From the IMG/VR virus record IMGVR_UViG_3300035183_000733, positions 309,760 through 373,759 of that record: 64,000 nucleotides of DNA; one strand, given 5' to 3'. Position numbers and translations under genes: made by a program. A model generated the notes under the pieces. It did not search any database, had not been told where the DNA came from, and saw nothing but the letters and a program-made list of their open reading frames with translations. This document shows, piece after piece, positions 56,845 through 64,000 of this stretch. Position 1 is the stretch's first letter; each line of letters starts with the position of its first letter.

Positions 56845-59811
56845 ATGAGTCATTTTCTCGATAACTTAAAAATAGTAGGGCAGCCAGGCGACAACATCTG
56901 GTTGCAGACCGGTCCCAACTCGAATGTATTGAGCGGTTACAACTATATCCTCGAGGCGCAGGACAACAACGGTCTACTACTCGGCTACAACACTGTATCG
57001 AACACAGACATCCGATTTGCGATGGACGTGTACACGAATGGTGCCGCTCTCAGGATACGCAACAACGCATCGACGAGCGACCTCGTCAGATTTGATACGC
57101 GCGGCACCAATGCTTCATTCATAAATACTGGCGGCAATGTCGGCATAGGCAACGCATCACCAACTGCGAAACTGCACGTGACGGGCACGGGCAACACCGG
57201 CGCGACTTACACCGCCCAGTTTCACAACTCTTCGGGAACCAACCACGCGCTGTCTATATTAGACAACGGAAATATTGGGATGAACCAAGCACCGGAAAAC
57301 GGCGCAATACTGGCAATCACCGCGCCGCTCGGTTATGGGTACGGCACTATAATAAGATCGCTCGCTACGAGTCCGACAGAATCTATACTTCAAATTAGAG
57401 ACAATGCGGAAGCATTAAAACTTGACATTCGTACGTCAGGAGAATCGTACTTCTCGAGTTTTGTCCAGGCCGCGAGCTTTTACATTGGCGGCATAGGCAA
57501 GTTTATACACGCTTCGGGCACGGCTAACGTATTCATGGGTCAGTACTCGGGCGAGGACCTAACATCAGGGGCCAGCAACTCGGCGCTCGGATATGCGGCG
57601 CTCGGCGACGTGACCACCGGCAACCGGAACGTGGCCGTTGGCGCATTGGCTTTGCAAATATTGACTACGGCGAGTGATAATACCGCGATAGGTTACAATG
57701 CGCTTAATGCCAATACGTCGGGTGGATCCAACACGGCAGTGGGGTGCAACGCTGCTTCTGGTCTGACGACCGGATCTTACAACACAGCTGTCGGTTGTGG
57801 AATAATGTCGACCGCAGTAACCGGAGACTTCAACGCCGCCTTAGGGTACAGCGCGCTGTCAGCGTTAACTTCCGGAAATTACAACATTGGAATCGGCAGC
57901 TATGCACTTAGTTCTAACACTACAGGCATTGGCAACATAGGCATTGGCAACTCGGCCAACTACTCTGGGACAACAAGCACCGGTAACGTGGCTATAGGGT
58001 ATCAGGCACTAAGGGAGAACACCTCGAGCGGCATAGTCGCAATCGGATATGAGGCGCTGAGGAACAACACATCCGGAGTACAAAACGTAGCAATAGGAAC
58101 GAACGCGTCTTATAGTATGACCACCGGTTCATACAACGTATCGATGGGATACGATGCTCTCAGGAGCACTACAACTGGAGGTGAGAACATCGCCATAGGT
58201 TACATTACTATGTACTACAACACCACCGGAATACGCAACATCGCAGTCGGTGGCAGTTCCCTCAGGGACAACACGACAGGTTCGCACAACGTCGTTATGG
58301 GTGGTGAGTCCTTGGTGCAGAACACCACAGGTACGGGCAACGTCTGCCTCGGTGGAAACGCCATGCTGACAAACCTCACAGGTTCGTACAACGTAGCGGT
58401 AGGATTCCAAGCGCATCAGCTTACCGGCACTGCAAACGACTACAACATCGCAGTCGGATACCGCGCACTATGGGTTGCCGCATCGAGCAGCAACGTTGCT
58501 GTAGGAACCGCAGCGCTCGTGTCCATGACGTCTGGCACGAGCAACGTGGCAGTAGGTCATAACTCAGGTAGCATGATAGTCACAGCGAGCAGCAACACGG
58601 TCGTAGGTTACAACGCGGGATCTCAGATCACCGGAGGAGACAACACAGGTGTCGGATACCGCGCGGTACGTGGAGCCTTCGGATCTACCGGAACGTCTAA
58701 CGTCGGAGTAGGTTCGAATACGTTATTATCGTTTACGACTGGTAGCAATAACGTCGCCGTAGGTTCAGACGCCCTCGTGACAATAACAACCGGATCTAAT
58801 AATATTGCAGTCGGAACAAGCTCCGGTCAGGTTCTTGCGACAGGAACTAACAACATAGCGATAGGGTACAACACGACACTCACCGCAGCGAGCTTATACT
58901 CCATAGTAATAGGGTCCAATGCCACTGCGACTGGCAACTCTCAGTTCGTCGTGGGTGGATCCGGCACGCCAATATCGAGCGTCTACATTGGTAACGGTGT
59001 GACTAACTCGGCGGCCCAGGACATAACGTACAACGCGACTGGCGGCTCAGGAACGGACAACCCAGGTGCCAACTTCACGATAGCGGCAGGACGCGGAACC
59101 GGCGTGGCAGGGGGCGGCAACATAATATTCAGGGTCGCTCCGCCGGACGTAGTATCAGGCTCGACGCCTAACGCACTCGTCACCGCTATGACGATACTGG
59201 ACACCGGTTACGTCGGAATAGGCATGACTCCGTCGTACAACTTCTCGGTGAAGGCACCTACCGCATCGTCGGTAGCCATGTACCTTGCCGGGTTTGGCGG
59301 CTCAGGCAGCCACTCGTTCATCTTCGCGGCCAACGACCCTTATTACGCCATAACGGACAGCGCAGGCACAGTTCAGGTCCTGTTGGACTCGAGCGCAGGA
59401 GGCAACTCCTTCGTGACGGGTAACATGGGATTCGGTACTGTCAGCCCGCAGTGTCAGGTCGACATCGATGGCGAGCTCGCAACAAGAGGTCAGACGCCGG
59501 CAAGCTTCAACTCTACACAAAACGACTTCCCAACAGCGGGCACCTCGTTCATCCGCCTCGAGAACACGAACGTAACCGCCATTGACGTCACCGGGTTCGC
59601 CGATGGTATTGACGGAAAGAGACTGGTCGTAACAAACATTGGATCTTTCCCTATAACGTTGAAGAACCAGGATGCCGGGTCGGCAGCGGCAAACAGGATG
59701 ATAATATACGACCCGGGCGCAAGCTCGACCGGGGACTACACGCTCGTCACGGACGACGCGATTGAGTTCATCTACGACGGGACTACAGCAAGATGGAGGA
59801 AAATAAACTAA
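56845..59811 (+). CDS. Tail fibre/adhesin with YadA-like head repeats
   Basis: NVGIG...PTAKLHV spacers and many N(T/V)A(V/I)G-x-x-AL repeats. Confidence 0.8.
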   Translation: MSHFLDNLKIVGQPGDNIWLQTGPNSNVLSGYNYILEAQDNNGLLLGYNTVSNTDIRFAMDVYTNGAALRIRNNASTSDLVRFDTRGTNASFINTGGNVGIGNASPTAKLHVTGTGNTGATYTAQFHNSSGTNHALSILDNGNIGMNQAPENGAILAITAPLGYGYGTIIRSLATSPTESILQIRDNAEALKLDIRTSGESYFSSFVQAASFYIGGIGKFIHASGTANVFMGQYSGEDLTSGASNSALGYAALGDVTTGNRNVAVGALALQILTTASDNTAIGYNALNANTSGGSNTAVGCNAASGLTTGSYNTAVGCGIMSTAVTGDFNAALGYSALSALTSGNYNIGIGSYALSSNTTGIGNIGIGNSANYSGTTSTGNVAIGYQALRENTSSGIVAIGYEALRNNTSGVQNVAIGTNASYSMTTGSYNVSMGYDALRSTTTGGENIAIGYITMYYNTTGIRNIAVGGSSLRDNTTGSHNVVMGGESLVQNTTGTGNVCLGGNAMLTNLTGSYNVAVGFQAHQLTGTANDYNIAVGYRALWVAASSSNVAVGTAALVSMTSGTSNVAVGHNSGSMIVTASSNTVVGYNAGSQITGGDNTGVGYRAVRGAFGSTGTSNVGVGSNTLLSFTTGSNNVAVGSDALVTITTGSNNIAVGTSSGQVLATGTNNIAIGYNTTLTAASLYSIVIGSNATATGNSQFVVGGSGTPISSVYIGNGVTNSAAQDITYNATGGSGTDNPGANFTIAAGRGTGVAGGGNIIFRVAPPDVVSGSTPNALVTAMTILDTGYVGIGMTPSYNFSVKAPTASSVAMYLAGFGGSGSHSFIFAANDPYYAITDSAGTVQVLLDSSAGGNSFVTGNMGFGTVSPQCQVDIDGELATRGQTPASFNSTQNDFPTAGTSFIRLENTNVTAIDVTGFADGIDGKRLVVTNIGSFPITLKNQDAGSAAANRMIIYDPGASSTGDYTLVTDDAIEFIYDGTTARWRKIN
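57526..58956 (+). repeat. Coding 14-aa beta-roll (NxAxG) repeats
   Basis: Tandem NTAVG/NVAIG units. Confidence 0.85.
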
Positions 59812-59818
59812 ACCAACA

Positions 59819-60046
59819 ATGACACAGCAAGAACTCGAAAAGCACGTGTCCGCAGCGATGGACAGCGTGAACTTGATAACTGAGACGCTGCTCGAGTGGC
59901 CGCCAATGGGTGACCCCATGCCGAGCGACGTTTCCGCAATGGTGACTCGAAACACCGAGCACCTGACGCTCATGATGACCAAGGAATGGTTCGTACAGGC
60001 GCTCTCGCCCGAACAGGCCGCGGTCATCAAAGAGATAGTGGGCTAA
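59819..60046 (+). CDS. Small hypothetical protein after the tail fibre
   Basis: RNTEHLTLMMTKEW; terminator follows at about 60067-60099. Confidence 0.6.
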   Translation: MTQQELEKHVSAAMDSVNLITETLLEWPPMGDPMPSDVSAMVTRNTEHLTLMMTKEWFVQALSPEQAAVIKEIVG

Positions 60047-60112
60047 CGCCACGGTGCAACAATATGAAGCCGGATGCTGGAACAATGTCCGGCTTTTTTC
60101 GTATATTTAGGC

Positions 60113-60256
60113 ATGACGATAGAAGAGATGATACGCAGCGCCTTCCCGACGAGCGAGAAGGACAGGAAGGACATCGAGCTGTCCCTGCTCAACAAGTTCG
60201 ACCTCGACCAAAGGGAAGAGGTATTGAGGCTTCTTAAAATAATTTACGAAAAATGA
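60113..60256 (+). CDS. Small hypothetical protein
   Basis: MTIEEMIRSAF...; ATGA overlap with next gene. Confidence 0.5.
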   Translation: MTIEEMIRSAFPTSEKDRKDIELSLLNKFDLDQREEVLRLLKIIYEK

Positions 60257-60462
60257 TGGCCGAGCTCGAGGCGATGATCGGAATACTGACCGCCGCATTC
60301 GTATGGGTCGTGGTCGGGCTGTGGATATGCTACAAGCGCGAGTGGTACTGCTGTTACGACGACAATACCCTGTTTTGCACGTTTGCGGTAATAGGCGCGC
60401 CGTTGAACCTGCTTATCGTGTTCATTAAGGTTTTCTGCGTGGACAAGTGGAACAACAATTAA
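60253..60462 (+). CDS. Small membrane protein
   Basis: Two hydrophobic segments. Confidence 0.55.
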   Translation: MMAELEAMIGILTAAFVWVVVGLWICYKREWYCCYDDNTLFCTFAVIGAPLNLLIVFIKVFCVDKWNNN

Positions 60463-60466
60463 ACAG

Positions 60467-60886
60467 ATGGAATTATTCGACTTCATAAAGGTCCTCTTCG
60501 GCAACAAAGCCGAGTACGAGAGGCTCAAGGACTACGAGAAGAACAAGTTCTTCTTCATGACGAACAGGTTCATGTTCATCTCCTACCCAGTGCAGGCGCA
60601 GATGTTCAACCACATCAAGGTGAACCAGGCGAGGGTACTCGACTACTGGCACAGGAACATGAGCCACGTGTACGGCAGGGTCCCGGACTGGATCTACACC
60701 AAGACCAAGAAGGCCGAGAAGAAGACGACCGTGAAGGTGCCGAGCGACGAGGCAATCGAGATGTACCTCACGAGGAACGGGTACTCCAGGCGACAGCTTG
60801 AGGAGTCCGTGAAGATACTCGGGGCGGAGTCAACATACGCGCCCATATTCAAGATAGACAAGATGCTTAAGAGCAACGCCGAATGA
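60467..60886 (+). CDS. Hypothetical protein, possibly clamp-loader small subunit (gp62-like)
   Basis: FM-x-NRFM...W-x-x-TKTKK...I-x-x-YL layout loosely parallels gp62. Confidence 0.4.
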   Translation: MELFDFIKVLFGNKAEYERLKDYEKNKFFFMTNRFMFISYPVQAQMFNHIKVNQARVLDYWHRNMSHVYGRVPDWIYTKTKKAEKKTTVKVPSDEAIEMYLTRNGYSRRQLEESVKILGAESTYAPIFKIDKMLKSNAE

Positions 60887-61541
60887 AAAACATAAAGACA
60901 TGGGTGTACTAGGCGGCGGTTGTCGGCGCATACCCGTTCTGGAGAAAGTGGTACTGTTGAACGTTTTGAAGGTAGGGTACGCTCCAAATAAAGGTGATCA
61001 CTACAGTAAATACCGCGATTTCGAAACAGTTGGTGATGTAATTGATAATCTTTTCATGAAGAGATTTGCTCTGCGCAATTGTGGTCCAAAAACATTCCAG
61101 GTGTTAACGGATTATATGGTCATGCGAAATCTAACCATGACACACTTCAACAAGAAGACAGCGTTCGTCGCTCTGGGCATGGCCACCGCAAAGGTCGCAT
61201 GCTCTACAAGTACGGTACGCACCAGACCTGTGCGTTCACGAAGGGCGAGACCTACAGGATCACCAGGATAGGCGACAATTTGGGCCAAGACACCTGGAGG
61301 CATGAAGGCCATAATCAATTACATAATCGCGACCATGCCCGATCAGATACGGATACAGCAACCCCAAAGCCGGGCCTGTCGGAATCATCCGCGTCGTTAC
61401 TACGGATCTTGACAAGGGCAAAAGATTCGGTTGTATGCTCTGTGATCGTCTTCTCTAACATGAGAAAGAAGCACAGCTACTTTGTGCTTGCGGGCTTCTT
61501 CGTTTTGCGGCGGATATATAAAAAAAGAAATATCCCAAGCC

Positions 61542-62003
61542 GTGGCATCCAGAAAACAGAAGGCATTCGACTACAAGCAGAACCGTTACACCGAGGGTTA
61601 CGTACCGGCTCCAGAGCGTATGGTCAAGCAGGTCGAGCCTGACATCGTAATATCAAACCCGATCGTCGTGAACGAGGTGGTCAACGTGAAGGGCATCATC
61701 AAGGTGCAGCTCATAATCCCGCTCGCCACGCACGTGAACGGAGACCTCATCACGAACCAGACATTCGAGTTCGCCCCTGCGCCAGGATCGGCCGCTTACA
61801 TAACCGTCAACGGTAGGACGACGTTCCCCGCAAACGGGGCCGCCGAGGTTTCCAGCTCCGCGTTCTACATAACCGACTCAACCGGCGCGATCGTGCGCAC
61901 GCAGGGCACTTACGCCATCGGCGACAGGTTCGTGTGGCAAGGTTCGATCGCAGGTATCGAGATACTCGCGGACGACGAGATAAAACTAATCTACGAGATC
62001 TGA
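61542..62003 (+). CDS. Hypothetical virion protein (GTG start after late promoter)
   Basis: MASRKQKAFDYKQNR...; GATATATAA at 61513. Confidence 0.65.
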   Translation: MASRKQKAFDYKQNRYTEGYVPAPERMVKQVEPDIVISNPIVVNEVVNVKGIIKVQLIIPLATHVNGDLITNQTFEFAPAPGSAAYITVNGRTTFPANGAAEVSSSAFYITDSTGAIVRTQGTYAIGDRFVWQGSIAGIEILADDEIKLIYEI

Positions 62004-62004
62004 G

Positions 62005-63768
62005 ATGTCGGCGAACAAGATAGTATTCAGCAGCAACAACACGCTCTCGGCGATAGCCAACTACAGGATAATATCCTACGACACGCCGTTCTCCGGAGTG
62101 GAGGAGATACAGGGCGTGGACGATAACGTGCAGGGAGTTCCCGCGGGCGGCATCGTTGTTCGATCGTTCAGGTGGAGCAAGGACTTCAAGTCCTGGTCGC
62201 TCTGGATGGACTATCTACCGAACGACCCGGCCCCTTTCGCGACCGTCGACATAACCGCAGACTTTTACATCGAGTTCCGCTACATGATAGCGGACGACCC
62301 GGACCAGAGCCCAGAGCTCGCACCGGGCACTCCAGTTTCGCCGGAGGTAGTGATATATTCGTTCGACTTCCTGCTGCGGTACGCAGAGGTCGACAAGTTC
62401 GCCGGGTACAAGCCGGTGACGATCTGCTCCGACGAGTTCGGGCAGATACCGGTGATGCTGCAGAAGGCGTTCAGCTTCAGCCCATACAACGTGAACAAGG
62501 GTGTCAACCTCTACAAGGAACTGTCGAGCATGGTCAACCAGACGTTCGGCCACGAGGTGAACTACTTCAGGGTGACCCCTCAGATGAGGAGCGCCGACGT
62601 GGTGTTCAAGGAGTGGACGCTCAAGCAGAGTCAGCAGCCGAGATGTCTCAAGATACTCGTGCCGAACAACGAGTTCCCGGATTCCAAGCCGCAGTACAAC
62701 CAGTTCGGCATCGACTTCGAGATACCGTTCGAGGTGCACATCGACCGCACGTACTGGGAGGCGATATTCGGCAAGCTGACGATGCCGCAGGAGAGGGACT
62801 ACCTCTACTTCCCGCTCATCAACAAGATGTACGAGGTGCAGAGCACCTACGTGTACAGAGACTTCATGCAGCAGCCGGTATACTTCAAGGTGATGCTCAT
62901 CAAGTACCAGAATAGGGCGGACGTGCTCAAGGACGACGACATCCAGGCGCTCATCGACGAGGCCACAATATCCACGGAAGAGCTGTTCGGCGAGGACATG
63001 AAGAAGGAGATCGAGAGACACACCAAGCCGCAGCAGTACGTGACGATAACGCACGAGCACGACCCTACGAGGGTCCGTGTAAACAGGAACATACCTATTC
63101 AGCGGTACGACTTCTACAACAACTGGACGCTCGTGGCCGAGCACTACTACAACCTGGCGGAACTCGACGCGCTCGACCCCGGAGCCGACGCTGTGATATA
63201 CAGGGCGGCGTCCAAGCTCGAGGCGACGGACTCGAGGGCGTTCACCTGCTGGTTCGCGCCGGACACCGGATCGCCCACGGCGCCGACGAGGCCGCTTCTC
63301 AGGGGAAGGAACGCATCCGGCATCGGCATGGACATAGACCTCATATTCTACACCGGGCTCGGGCAGGGCCAGGTGAAGGTTACGCTCAACTCCACGCCAG
63401 TCACGTTCCAGCTTACAGGGGTTCAGCTCGAGAAGGACGCGTGGTACGCCATCGTGGTTAACGTGTCCAACCAGTTCGCGCAGGCGAGCGTCGACCTCTG
63501 GGTGACGCAGCCGAATACGAGCGAGCTGAAGAATATATACCACAAGGCTCTGCCTATGCCTGTCACAGTATACGACGCGGCGCAGGAGTGGAAGCTCGTG
63601 GCGTCGCCGATAATAATGACTAACGTTCGCTTGTTTTCGAGGATGTTGGAAGACGAACATCAATCACTCGTGCTTAGCCAGCTAATAGTTAAGGATAGTG
63701 ACAAAGCTATAATAATCGATAATGCAAAACCTCTATTAAGGCTCGCAAGGGTGTCAAATCCTCGTTGA
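62005..63768 (+). CDS. Neck/head-closure protein (T4 gp14-like core) with C-terminal LamG-like domain
   Basis: FGHEVNYF, FGIDFE, RDYLYFPLINKMYEV; FTCWF and WYAIVV beta-sandwich motifs. Confidence 0.6.
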   Translation: MSANKIVFSSNNTLSAIANYRIISYDTPFSGVEEIQGVDDNVQGVPAGGIVVRSFRWSKDFKSWSLWMDYLPNDPAPFATVDITADFYIEFRYMIADDPDQSPELAPGTPVSPEVVIYSFDFLLRYAEVDKFAGYKPVTICSDEFGQIPVMLQKAFSFSPYNVNKGVNLYKELSSMVNQTFGHEVNYFRVTPQMRSADVVFKEWTLKQSQQPRCLKILVPNNEFPDSKPQYNQFGIDFEIPFEVHIDRTYWEAIFGKLTMPQERDYLYFPLINKMYEVQSTYVYRDFMQQPVYFKVMLIKYQNRADVLKDDDIQALIDEATISTEELFGEDMKKEIERHTKPQQYVTITHEHDPTRVRVNRNIPIQRYDFYNNWTLVAEHYYNLAELDALDPGADAVIYRAASKLEATDSRAFTCWFAPDTGSPTAPTRPLLRGRNASGIGMDIDLIFYTGLGQGQVKVTLNSTPVTFQLTGVQLEKDAWYAIVVNVSNQFAQASVDLWVTQPNTSELKNIYHKALPMPVTVYDAAQEWKLVASPIIMTNVRLFSRMLEDEHQSLVLSQLIVKDSDKAIIIDNAKPLLRLARVSNPR

Positions 63769-63973
63769 TTAGGCTGCTCGAGGGCTGAAAGATAAAGATA
63801 CTTGACAATGAAGCACATTAAGAGGAGGGCAAGAAGAGATCGGTACCGGGCAAGATCCTGTACAGGTCATTCTCGTGGGACGAGAACAGCGGACAGGGTG
63901 ACTCTGACGAGTTTGGGGACATCCGTGTAGGCAGGGTGGAATAGAGGTGGAATACAAAAAAATACTAAAAGAA

Positions 63974-64000
63974 ATGAAAATTCAGAGGTTCAACGATTTC
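63974..64000 (+). CDS. Start of a gene running off the window (MKIQRFNDF)
   Basis: Shares the N-terminal motif family. Confidence 0.5.

Noticed and set aside
51049-58956. CRISPR array or DNA tandem repeat
   Set aside because: Repeats are degenerate at the DNA level and explained by protein repeats; no CRISPR array or cas genes seen (34909 is a stand-alone nuclease without Fe-S cysteines)
13346-63663. Long antisense ORFs (e.g. 13346..14167, 19893..20567, 28277..29044, 48540..49307, 62215..63663)
   Set aside because: Shadow frames of strongly C/G-ending codon usage on the + strand; no protein motifs
1-64000. Alternative genetic code (TAG or TGA recoding)
   Set aside because: All long genes are open in code 11, genes end in TAA, TAG and TGA, and no CTA/TCA suppressor tRNA is present. 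Only isolated in-frame stops (2569, 23659) were seen.

Overview
This window is part of a large T4-like (Tevenvirinae-style gene set), contractile-tailed jumbo phage. Nearly all genes are on the + strand and read in the standard code 11. TAnnTTTG promoters and A-rich, SD-less start regions point to a Bacteroidota host. 1-13 kb is an accessory/translation island: NYN, NADAR, metallophosphoesterase, 13 tRNAs (only Lys, Gly, Thr and CAT anticodons) interleaved with structured spacer RNAs, a broken RF1-like gene, RNA ligase, RNase H-like YkuK protein and a 2H phosphoesterase. 13-32 kb is the packaging/tail module: small terminase, ART-like protein, CysC, an ATPase-only terminase paralogue, large terminase with two inteins, sheath, tube, baseplate hub proteins and tape measure. 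32-50 kb is a mixed region: dCMP deaminase, ECF sigma, SLT, PD-(D/E)xK nuclease, DUF262, topoisomerase IB, CYTH and 5'-3' exonuclease. 50-64 kb holds large virion/tail-fibre proteins and a gp14-like neck protein. The most exciting signal is upstream of the tRNA array. A 30-codon leader ORF there has 17 of its first 22 codons decoded by the tRNAs encoded downstream. It overlaps a mutually exclusive antiterminator/terminator pair, suggesting a ribosome-stalling attenuator that switches on the phage tRNA array when host tRNAs are depleted. Other highlights are a duplicated covarying RNA motif behind two tRNA-Gly genes, class I tRNAs with long variable arms, a shared N-terminal MKHLKxF-type motif behind a GATATATAA late promoter, and many eroded accessory genes. 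Everything was read by eye; no database searches or folding programs were run, so family assignments rest on recognised motifs.
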